Positions 31,301-38,600 of a DNA stretch of 64,000 nt are shown piece after piece. The translations under genes were made by a program, and so were the position numbers. The first letter of the stretch is position 1; each line of letters opens with the position of its first letter. Under the pieces are notes generated by a model, which worked only from the letters and a program-made list of their open reading frames with translations, ran no database searches and was not told the DNA's origin. Source of the DNA: a virus; IMG/VR virus record IMGVR_UViG_3300025141_012845, positions 1 to 64,000 of that record; one strand, 5' to 3'.

Positions 31301-31756
31301 ATTATCGGGATCTGGGTTCGGCCCTCCTTTAAAAAAGATATATTCTTTTGTACTTGATAAAACGTACTCATAAGCAGTAGAGATGGTTGCGGCTGCAGAT
31401 CCCCATGACCCTGGTGTAATAATTCCATAACCATTTGTTCGAGGATACCAGTTTTCAAATATATGCAAATCAAGATAAGAAGAACTATTCATCCATGCGC
31501 TTTTTTCATATCTTGACCCATCATAAGGATATGTCTTAAACACTCTCTCGATTGAGGCTACATAATATTCTTCTGCAGATCCAAATTTAACAAACTCTTC
31601 AGGGTTGGTGTAGTCAAGCTCTGGTTGAAATCTTGTCTTCTCGTCCAGAGATTCGTTAACAAACCTCTCAGATTCCGCAGTTTTGCCAATCTCATCTAAA
31701 GTCTTTGATGTTAAAACTTTCTTAGGGGGTTCATTAAAAAGATCCTTAATACTCAT
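22328..31756 (-). CDS. Giant baseplate wedge protein (gp7/P2 gpI-like core) with LamG/ConA-like domains (3142 aa)
   Basis: IYKAKGTENAFRNLIRCFG wedge-type KGT motif; LamG hallmarks TVEFWLK, DDDWHHFAIT, LFVDG, SGSIDEFRFW, YFKFNEG; two genes downstream of gp6. Confidence 0.7.
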   Translation of the reverse strand: MSIKDLFNEPPKKVLTSKTLDEIGKTAESERFVNESLDEKTRFQPELDYTNPEEFVKFGSAEEYYVASIERVFKTYPYDGSRYEKSAWMNSSSYLDLHIFENWYPRTNGYGIITPGSWGSAAATISTAYEYVLSSTKEYIFFKGGPNPDPDNDSIKDSFPDIEKRMSGSRGANLFDLSKNRESNLKIGGIEGNTVEFWLKKINFVKEGSHVATNEVIFDCYTTSSISSSIDYARMRVEFSEDDDTQPFRITYMSGTNGAYYVPIGDTATKALISDDDWHHFAITVKTTGSLGKVHHPKALSEQANSASLEIKLFVDGECDDTVVTGSTVDYVSGAMVATVGSLVASVSGTNAAQSLTYANGEDMQKMRGYGKLSGSIDEFRFWKVERPTELIGRYMRQPVGAGTNIDEANTQLGVYFKFNEGITGVTATDAVVLDYAGRLSNGEWTGYSANSRNTGSAIVESSASLTEFKDPIIYSYHPDVDSLVNEKKYVGREYDKRNAGSIYYSFPEWITSEDSDGGEQLLKLTQIMASYFDTLSLQIKSLTDIKSNSYVTSSVSGNIFKPVPFADKLLEHRGFVTSEIFADADVLENFLQRDEDRLFSEDLHDVKNLIYKNIYNNLSSIYKAKGTENAFRNLIRCFGVDDELIKINLYANNLDFELKDRFVQRSVAKKCIDFSRADNHGAVIYQHTSSIPQSIGYITGSLEASTPSNTFPENGLGQTFECEIVLPKQYDIRGTRYHDYSDVTSSIFGAHRPRVGTDHSWTTSANTDYVDFQVFTVRDKANSANGFFMLTGSRGAGFIPELTSSLIHNLYDNLKWNLAVRIKPNTHLFSDTVSGSSDGGTAVNHYDVEFYGVNMVSNVAQHKFFVSGTMTHQAGDNFLSSPKKIFAGAHRENFTGSIQQSSDVKVSSVRAWMDYINNDVIDAHAKDVSNYGTLYPYESAYLFENADADMQTYLNESIAQGQFRRVPQIKTLALNWNFNQITGSNASGQFFVADASSGSANTTFDSDGKVETMPVPGRYGWIENVIEHQHTARGDKFPTNSTSSHDIVYLNSFEQKGPEMINSADMVNVLTQDDVTFTRETRPTNYYVAIEKSMYQSISEEMLNFFATIKGFNNLIGENVNRYRMNYKHMEKLRELFFQRVKNTPDLDKYVTYYRWLDSSLGEMLQQLFPASADHSDRLRTVVESHVLERNKYWNKYPTIEQRSRISKKHQPGRPTVIGLDGVPNAEATRTVADALPPDIEAKIDRDDFLSKRKQWTDEGVKPPGFNEDREGNAGPDNNKDTGDADGHGWHSRHDPGDSDESNTSGNSTVDSKRSDFLAAKFSNASTLGVFNGAGDNFSVDLKMSPGVIIKGGHNQPSDTGGQTDALNPATIFGGLDSDSKPSTRILVVSGSVTLKGFEKPTTKNPKVRLFPEVISKATNVKSNKFLEGIAAFYTNSSGVEITNIHQDYDIGYEKPLQSVFTERFVGGRPHRKEPVGDSVNDTILTRPEFFRISGSASHLESTYAGGDKANISIFPADSDLDGAINYNLPRSFFNKGTKSPINIENIQMTTASSDSPGTNIGNYQNVYELAQTSGRRLNNKWLSLNASNISSSTAEVPYFTGSLDFSIPVRSTQNKVIVERFSAPGGFEVSSRGYLDTAAEELSVYNVHTFRNHNVLNSSGSQASTDTNGPMNISVKTDFHTNNDGLRQVLSRRSGRFGVDGEYGTVGASDYETTASYHKTHRNVIRRIENSTAGNITASVFNNYFVNHAIPRTELQYAWVTSSIKSNHKLIEFTSTNKSYDGMVSGAGGFEPAIDFSEGKFPKYGNLFSDAVGLNTLVVDTVLTASNTLSSSVDYRNSDVISAGSFAVGNRFNILMKHRSGPYQGASWKLNIKDSHPIVRYQRKNNVLDIIETDALPNKPELTNYSNDPRLKRDIRSFTVTSVTNKYKPVEFEVEIPGEEPVEIDQSFGNELEFMPDDTLDYKLGLDQVAKAKKTQYDSFKSVIQSPSNQLQLSKLTYSETVYPREENAFLAKARGRISYTETQAQIDSSRLGDQRTFWRDGVTDRKRTSGTAKNTTDKLQVLNVGAYSSSLGGVLDASIVQPPALSVWPLDGYYVSGSTSTSKLSTYNGINGELMAPTEFTIVKDAFSQLSDPGGNKRFRGILHVSAALGTSDTVPSRGAGYLTATAPTASQQFIYPNFVNWSSDAGTTKLWGMEYNRSWNLNYNFYRTSEFAGKNPWYDSYDDYAQDIKGMGQDHTVIPEFRISEHMDYYVDNGFSFNNRFLTLEGAKVSASADAAGTGSYNEDFFTTYSHSDFMKHFAEVSEDLDNARLSRLTLKCNGVKKLLPYQGFYPVLRTVQLGGLLSQSFGPFIGGSKITSLTPDAQQAEKLQSLLQPFFAPGIMYNTVKSGIAVDWPVCTGSVNVTASTPPEHGVDGEHFSFFSFAGDPQVDTAGGGGIFDYRMPFEALVEPQRYIPVSGASDSGFPDYRISLLYPHSGSQQHIFFDWNGKSKPQYSLAMHNFLAEVPNFFLQNQKFKSFTSAPESKFKPMVSGTTYYMDVELYKTDNFVLSEGPSHVQFKVDYNSAAGVAKDFGVSAGGDRYFANYRGAIYGPPVKTMPVHAVPAGQVTMNMEFNNIDPSFAPYTPPYFYGAAIARLAFSPHKKDFLLDNESKTFTLDEILAGAKVETLFTSSYTYMTNVLQRSKELSAAAGLSQMRVSSSINLFGKTRLKEIEYGVEKAADGKFVADKIKDSISSANDVWVISPKFECPTINVSSSNVGTLYDAQVAYDPSNTGAPFNVLTSSVATKSIWGAYGSAPTGQEGIFMRIKESFPSTGADLNAIGVQPTTGSLIDVCGFSPEQKRVGEVADEKLISEAIVAIPFIEKKRKRRFFPVLKSQIDYVLGVATKQQVGILQSKNKIPGESITNMVESMQKYVFPPHLDFLNNKNVKPFVAYIFEFTHRLDRDDLSDIWQNLTPKISTTAEKEEVVISHVMAKNEFFSGEELPPETQWMVFKVKQRANFNYFATTADSTDDDRFGFKLQIGGESKIPTYSYNWPYDFFSLVELAKLDAEAEFTSKTLQSSLKFSMQDPGDGTSEASAPTTYMGMQTEQGKGTSKSAPTTYMGMQTKQSGDSDSNGTSKSAPTTYVAMQTEMPPSESE
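22356..22516 (-). repeat. Three coding repeats SAPTTY[MV][GA]MQT at the C-terminus of the 3142-aa protein
   Basis: gtttgcat...gttgttggtgcaga units at about 22356, 22428 and 22485; spacings of 72 and 57 nt are both in frame. Confidence 0.9.
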
Positions 31757-31761
31757 AGCGT

Positions 31762-33351
31762 TTACTCAACCCTAAATTTAAAAGTCTCTGGTTGCTCTAG
31801 ATATTTGCCGTTTACAAAGTAGACAAATTTGACTCCATAAGCATATCCCGACTCAAGAAGAGTCATATCCAGATCAAAATAACTACCAGATACATCAAAT
31901 GAAAGTCTCGTATAATCAGATGCTGAACCAGTTGCTCCTGGTGAACTGCCCGTGCCGTATTCAATCACGTCCACTGCATCTGTAACTCTAAGAATTTTAT
32001 AGTATGCATCCTCTACGATTAAGTTTTCTACGTCTCTTGAGGCTACTTTATAAATGTTTGGATTCCAGTTTCTATCTCTAGTGTAAACTCTGAATCTTAC
32101 GTTTTCTTGGTCTGCGTAAGAATCTTTTAAGTTTGTGATTTTTGTCGTATAACGAGGTGTGTTGGCAATATTAAGACTATCGAGCGTTGTTGGCGAAATT
32201 GTTCCGGTATGAAATTGTGTTCCAACTCCTGCTGCTGCATCTGCGTCTCCTTTCCACCAAACATCAAACAACCTCGTTAAGGCGTCGTCTTGACCTGATG
32301 CCGCTGCGGTCAATGCAAAAGATGCCGTATATATACCCGTTTCTATGTAACCTCCTGTGACAACTTGATTATTTGCACTGCTAACGTTATGGAGGTCTGA
32401 AACAAGCTGTAGTGCAGAGCCCGTCGGACTGGAATTGTCGAGTGATCCGGAGTAAAGACTCACGTAAATTGCACCTGTGCCGACGTCGGGAATGTTTTGC
32501 AACTGACCCCTGACGACGTTGTACAAGTATATCGTATTAAGGTTGTCTTCTCCAGAAGAAAGAGAACTGCTATAAAAGAAGTTTCCTCTATCATCTTTAT
32601 CTGTCGAGTCCCAACGTGCCTCAATACAGGGCCTTTTAAAAAAGAATTCTGTTCCTCTCGCAAAGAATTTCTTGGTATAATATGATTTTTGAGCACCAGC
32701 AGTGTTGTGTAGTAACTCGCTCGTATTTGCTCCTGTAGAGCTTGAAAAATACGATTCTTGAGAGGATGTAAGATAAATCGCCAAACCGTAATTTGACTTT
32801 GTTCCAGCCATCCACTCCTCAACCAGGCCAGTAATGTCCACACTCAAATCCTCATGTCCTCTATCAAAAGTTGCAACATATACAGGACTATCGTGGAAGT
32901 TTCCACCAATCGTGCCCCATGTCGTGCCCTCTGATGCGTATATCCAGTTAGTGCCTACTCCATCATTAGTTAAGTCGGAATAGCCTTCCATATCTAAACC
33001 ATGTCCCTCCTCCCAAGCTTGAGAAACTGCAGATATGACGAGTGTGTAACTTCTAGGAAGAGTGAAAGCATGCTTCGCATTATATAAATTAAGATAAAAC
33101 TGTACACTTCCAGTTGCCGGGATTGTACCGGCTGTTCTATCGGAAGAGATTGTACTTGTGGGGAACTTATACAACGCTCTCGATAGTTCTGGAGAATATC
33201 CAGTGGAACCTGATGCTTGTCCGTATATAGAGAATACCTCTGTAACGTCAGATTCACCCATATTTGAGCCTGTTCCTCTTGTGACTAGGTTTGACTCAAA
33301 TGCGTTAGTAATCGTCGTGTCAGCGTCCGATATGTACCTTTTAATGCCCAT
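31762..33351 (-). CDS. Structural protein with a DNRLRE-like N-terminal beta-sandwich domain (529 aa)
   Basis: DADTTI, RALYKF, WEEG, NW..W..GG, VDITGLVEEW and NYGL pattern; immediately downstream of gp6. Confidence 0.6.
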   Translation of the reverse strand: MGIKRYISDADTTITNAFESNLVTRGTGSNMGESDVTEVFSIYGQASGSTGYSPELSRALYKFPTSTISSDRTAGTIPATGSVQFYLNLYNAKHAFTLPRSYTLVISAVSQAWEEGHGLDMEGYSDLTNDGVGTNWIYASEGTTWGTIGGNFHDSPVYVATFDRGHEDLSVDITGLVEEWMAGTKSNYGLAIYLTSSQESYFSSSTGANTSELLHNTAGAQKSYYTKKFFARGTEFFFKRPCIEARWDSTDKDDRGNFFYSSSLSSGEDNLNTIYLYNVVRGQLQNIPDVGTGAIYVSLYSGSLDNSSPTGSALQLVSDLHNVSSANNQVVTGGYIETGIYTASFALTAAASGQDDALTRLFDVWWKGDADAAAGVGTQFHTGTISPTTLDSLNIANTPRYTTKITNLKDSYADQENVRFRVYTRDRNWNPNIYKVASRDVENLIVEDAYYKILRVTDAVDVIEYGTGSSPGATGSASDYTRLSFDVSGSYFDLDMTLLESGYAYGVKFVYFVNGKYLEQPETFKFRVE

Positions 33352-35151
33352 TTATCGTACAGATCCTTTAATGTCTTTAAACGGATTTTTGATCTCAATG
33401 ACAAAATCGTTTGGTATCATCAGAGAGCGTCCGTCAGATGTGATAGAATTCTCTACATCTAAAAATACATCAGAGTATCCGGTGCCCGATGCTAAAGAGA
33501 TTATGACATCAAAAGTATCTACAACTCCAGGAACAGCATTAAGTGTTTGATATATTTCAGAAACCGAAAGGGGCTCTCCTATATTATAGTGTCCTCTTTC
33601 GGTGTATAATTCGTTTAAAGCGCTAACGCAGGCATTTAATATAGTATATTGATTAGAGCCCTTCTCTCCAAAAACAACAAATTCTACTTTGAGGTTGAGT
33701 ATTTTTGCATCCAATATATCGATAGTATCGTTAATCATTTTATACTGATTTATCCAAGTCTTAAGATTTTCTTTTACCGTATTTGGAGTTTTTAATAACT
33801 TGCCATTAAAGTTTTCAGAAACAACATACATATTTAAGTTTCTTTTAAAAGAGTCTATGTCCTTCATTATCATGGCACGTTTTATTGCACCATATTGAGC
33901 CGGCATTCCATATGCTATGGATATATAATCCTGCTGTGTAACCGCTCTGTTTTGGCTTGCGAAATGCGCACGTATCATAACTTTAAGTTCATCCATGTTC
34001 GGAACTGTTCCGCCGCCGCCTGAAGCCTCTTCGTTTGTAACCTCAAGACTGTTTATCACAGTGTCTTTCTCTGTAGGGCTTAAACTTTGAGGAGTGTTAA
34101 ATTCAAAAGTTGGCCTCATAACATTGTTAACCGTTCCGACAGCGACACCATCAGATCCTGCAGCATTTTTTCTATAAGTCACGCTCATCGTTGTATTAAC
34201 TGGTGCAACGCCGAATTTATCATTCTGTATAAGTTTTGCTGGATCGAATGAAGTATTTGAAACGTAGTCTTTGCCGTGCAGGTCTAAAGCAATTTCAGTT
34301 GGGTCTGCGACAAATTTGTTATCTGGGTTAATATCTGATCCGTGACCAAACTGTAGCACCGTGTTCTGTAAATCTTTACTAACTGTATACCTTCTTGCGG
34401 CAATTACTGGTTTAAGAAGAGTCGGGGCATATTTTTTATCTGCATTTTCGTTTCTAATCTCTGCATAAATAACATTTTGAGATAAGTTCTCAACTTCGTA
34501 GTATTCGTTGCCCTCTGCGTCAAAAACTGAAATAACATCTGTCAGGTCCCTGTCCTCTATCACGATCCTTCTAAATTTAACATAGTTGCCAACATCTATG
34601 TTTTTTATGGCAAATTCGCCAGAAACCGCTCTTCCGCTTGCACGGATGGCATAATATGTGGGGGTTGTTCCAGCCGCGTTTGTTGAATGCACTATTACGT
34701 CTGTGTCATCGTCTGAAAAGTTGACGTCGTCTGTTAATGTAAATTGAGTTCCATTTTCAGAAGTAAACGTAGATCCTCTTTTGAGAACTGGAAGATAGTT
34801 TTCATCAGGGCCTTGACTATTTGAATTCGCTGGACAAGTGATGAAGAAGTCTAATTTTATTGTTGAAGAAGCGTTATGGGTAAACTTATACCCCATAGAT
34901 CTAGCGTGCTTTAAGACGTTATCAAATTCATTTGCTGTATCTAAAAAAGACTCATTTACCTGATAATCTAGATAAAACGAAAGCATATCGCCTATGTAAG
35001 AGACCGAATCCAACATCATCGCCCCAAATGACGCATCGTTAAAATCCCTAAAGGTATCAGCATAATATCTCTTAGCGTGATCTATGAGATCTCTCTTAAT
35101 ACTGTCAAAATCTCTGCTTGTATATTTTATTGGTGTTTTGTTTTTGGCCAT
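33352..35151 (-). CDS. Baseplate wedge subunit, T4 gp6 / baseplate-J-like
   Basis: KYTSRDFDSIK, YIGDMLSFYLD, LQFGHG, RAVTQQDY, AVPGV. Confidence 0.92.
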   Translation of the reverse strand: MAKNKTPIKYTSRDFDSIKRDLIDHAKRYYADTFRDFNDASFGAMMLDSVSYIGDMLSFYLDYQVNESFLDTANEFDNVLKHARSMGYKFTHNASSTIKLDFFITCPANSNSQGPDENYLPVLKRGSTFTSENGTQFTLTDDVNFSDDDTDVIVHSTNAAGTTPTYYAIRASGRAVSGEFAIKNIDVGNYVKFRRIVIEDRDLTDVISVFDAEGNEYYEVENLSQNVIYAEIRNENADKKYAPTLLKPVIAARRYTVSKDLQNTVLQFGHGSDINPDNKFVADPTEIALDLHGKDYVSNTSFDPAKLIQNDKFGVAPVNTTMSVTYRKNAAGSDGVAVGTVNNVMRPTFEFNTPQSLSPTEKDTVINSLEVTNEEASGGGGTVPNMDELKVMIRAHFASQNRAVTQQDYISIAYGMPAQYGAIKRAMIMKDIDSFKRNLNMYVVSENFNGKLLKTPNTVKENLKTWINQYKMINDTIDILDAKILNLKVEFVVFGEKGSNQYTILNACVSALNELYTERGHYNIGEPLSVSEIYQTLNAVPGVVDTFDVIISLASGTGYSDVFLDVENSITSDGRSLMIPNDFVIEIKNPFKDIKGSVR

Positions 35152-35184
35152 TCTTATTTTTCCGTTATCACTTGTAAAATCAAA

Positions 35185-35194
35185 GTAATTAGTT
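35185..35194 (-). promoter_or_regulatory. Putative late-promoter motif AACTAATTAC
   Basis: Recurrent motif upstream of the gp6-like gene. Confidence 0.45.
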
Positions 35195-35197
35195 TTA

Positions 35198-35587
35198 TTA
35201 AGCAGTTATCTCTAAAATTTCAAGGGAACTAAAAGGCAGTATTTTGTATATTATTCTCATGCCTAAAACATGCGAATCTAAATTTGCATTTTGGTGCATT
35301 TCGTCTCTTCCAAAAACGACATCCATTATCTCAACATGCGGTAAATAAGTGGCCACCTGAAGATCTATAGACTCTTTTATCGCTTCTTCCAAATAAACAT
35401 CGTCTTGTTCAAACAAGAATTTTCTTATTCCGACGCCAAAAAACGGGTCCATCACACGTTCACCAGGTTGAGTTAAAATCAAGTTTTTCAAATTTTGCTT
35501 CGTAGTTTCAGCCACCGTCTTGTTCAACAAATACGCTCCATCTGATACGTCTGTTACAAGAGGCAACTTTGGTGATATGCCGGCCAT
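35198..35587 (-). CDS. Baseplate wedge / sheath initiator, gp25/GPW family
   Basis: NLKNLILTQPGERVMDPFFGVGIRKFLFE hallmark; SD GGGAG. Confidence 0.95.
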   Translation of the reverse strand: MAGISPKLPLVTDVSDGAYLLNKTVAETTKQNLKNLILTQPGERVMDPFFGVGIRKFLFEQDDVYLEEAIKESIDLQVATYLPHVEIMDVVFGRDEMHQNANLDSHVLGMRIIYKILPFSSLEILEITA

Positions 35588-35645
35588 TTTTTCAGTCTCC
35601 CATTATTACTATTTATTTAGCCTTTTAAAATTTGATGACAAAAGA

Positions 35646-38600
35646 TTAATTAAAATCGCTATCGTCTAGTTCTGTCTTGCCATATGGATATTTATTTATG
35701 TACTCAATCATCGTATCTAAATAAGCTTGTGCGTTTGACATTATCTTTTCTTCGAACTCAGGCACCTCTTCAAAGTTCTCTTTAAATTTCCCCATTGTTG
35801 AAAGAAGCATGATTGCTGCGCCAGTTTTAAGTTCCAATATATTTTCTATAAGATTTTTATACTCTTCAGTCTCTCTCAAGCCCTCTATAAGACTTTCATA
35901 AGTCTCTCTTCCCCAGCCTCTGAATAAAAATGGATTATTGGCCATCTCTACATTAGATACATCTCCTATAAACAGAGGGTAGTGATCTAACGCTTTCATT
36001 ATACCTCCTGGTGGGGATTGCATCTCGAACGATGCAAGAGGGAGTGTTCTAATTTTTGCACTTTCACCAGAAGCAGACGAAGGTTGCCATAATTTTTCAT
36101 TAATCTTTTCCTGCATTGCCTCGCCAGACTGGTTAATGCCTTGAGATTCAGGCTGATTATAATAGGATGGCTCTTTTAATACAAAGTTATAACTTTTTAC
36201 TGCCTCCAAGCCTTTAAGCAAGACTTTCGATGCGTCTGCAGCGGATGCATCTACTCCAATCGGTAGAATTTGTCCGTTATCGAATTCGGGCAACATCGGG
36301 TCCATTACAAATTTTTTGTATAACATCTCATCGTCTGATAAGTATGTGTCGTTGACGATCTGTGCGTCGGAAAGTACGTAACTAATTCTAACCCCAAAGT
36401 CAACATCACTTAGAAAGTCATCCATAAGTACTGGTGATGGGTTATCTGTGCCCTCATCTAACAACTCCACTGACTTTTGTTCCAAAAGATCTTGATCTTC
36501 TTTTCTTATTTCGTAAATTTTATGTATTTTTACAGGCTGTGTTTCTACAATAACTATTTCGCTGTCGTTGTCCCAAACGTAGTCGCCACCTACTTTTGCA
36601 AAATACTTAGTCTTCTTTTTGTCTGCGGTTGTAGAGGCTTCAGGCCATTTTATTCCAGCTTTTTTCATACCCTCCACTGTCAAACCAGGCAATTCTGGAG
36701 TAATATATTGGGATTCGTCGGGACTTTTCTTTGTTATCAAACTCACTTTCTCTCCCGGTACAACCCTAACTATAGAAGGTACTTTTATTGTTGATGTAAC
36801 GACTTTATAACTGGGCTTTACAGATTTAACTCCGCAATCTTCATTGAAGTATAGTTCAAGACTCGGATGATTAATATCCATAAACTTAAAACTCTTGGTC
36901 TCTCCTATATCTATTTTTGCCCAGTGAGATAAAATGGCATTGTTCAACGTCCACTTTCCCCCGTTGCCTACTACAGTGTCCAAAACATATCCTGACACTG
37001 TCATATCTCCTTCCCGTTGAATCCAGGGGCCATATGGGTATGTTTCCCCTGGAAAGTACCAAGGATCCGAACCCGTGCTCAATTGGTGGAACGTAGTTAA
37101 GAGTCCATACATTAGCCCATTGTGGTAATCGCTGTCATTACGCCAATTTGTAGCATTAATCCTCCAAAAACCAACATCAACGGAATTGGCAGATTCATTG
37201 TCACCGGTGGCAGTGCCCCAATGGGGATCGTTTCTGCAGTCTCCAATTGGCAAAACATCTCCAGAGGGTAGATACCTATCCTCTGGTCCCGCGTCTGTGC
37301 CAACCACCCCCATCCATTCATCTCCATCGCCCTTATAAACCTCCTGCACTGATATCCTTAACATCTCCGAATCGTCAGTCATAAGTCCTCGGGACATCAC
37401 CGTCTTCGGGTTAAAGACAGACGGGGTGGAGTACGCTGCGTTGGTAACCACTTTTCCAGTTGCTGGATTTATTGGTTTGTGGTTCCACTCGTAAATTCCT
37501 CCCTCATCCACTTCTGTATCAAGTGCGAAATCATAGGGGGATTTTCCCACTTGTGGGCCATCAAGATAGGCAGACAATTTACCTGCATGCTCTCCCGTTT
37601 CAGAATCATAAACAAAAGGGGCTGCATAGAAAAAAGGTCTTGGATTTGAATCGCTCTTTTTTCCATCAATAGCATTTGTTATAGTAAATTCTTGAGTAGA
37701 ATACCATGCGACTGGTTGTAAGGTATCTATAGATCCTGCTTCGGAACCCTCACCTTGATTGGCTTGCATTGATGGGTAAAAATTATAAAAGTCAAAGGTA
37801 TTTTTGAAAAAAGTCTCCCACTCGGATTCATTAAATGTTCCGCCCTTTTCTTCCACTGCTTGTAAGAGTTTGGAAATTATAATTCTCTTGAACTCTGGAA
37901 ATCCAACTATGACCTTTTCTGTGTCCGGAATGGTCATGTTCTCTTCTTCCTTTAAAGAATGGGGCTTCCCATAAATCGAATCTCCTTCAGGGAAAGATGT
38001 GTAATAAACGGGAAAATCACCATAAAGCCAAGCGGTTGGAACTTTAGCGTATGTCTCAAAAATAAAACGTCCTGGCTGACCCTCATCTCCGAGCAACTGT
38101 TCATATGTATCAAGTATGCTGCTCTCCACTTCATCGCCAATTTCGAACCACTGATTAGACCAGCCGCCAAGTACTTCGTCTCCCGCTTCAGGAGCCTTGA
38201 GGTGCCACCACTGTCCTTTATCTTTTACCTTATCTGCGTCAACGTTGTTTGTCCAAAGTCTCGAAATTCTAGTTTTAATATTAAAGTTTTCTTGAAGAAT
38301 TTCAGTAGCATCGTCAGCATCAAACGCGGTAAAGTCTCCCGGATTATAAAGCCTAGTGTTTCTCGAAGGAGCATCCATGACCAGAAGACCTTTTGTGCTA
38401 TTGTATATCTTTAATAACGAATTAGGGGCAGAGACTGCGCCTTCGGGTGGTGCTGGTAAGCCGAGCGCTTTAGCTATTTTTTTATCAATGCCCTCTAATA
38501 AAGTTTTTCTTATGGTGTCAATGTTAATTCTTTCGCTGATCGCATATTTTTCAAATATCTTTTTATTAAATTTAGAAATTTGATCGTCCTCTTGGAAGAC

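Noticed and set aside
35608-35618. T4-type late promoter (ATAAATA on the coding strand) upstream of gp25
   Set aside because: It is a single imperfect instance in AT-rich DNA, in the opposite orientation to the motif seen at the other gaps.
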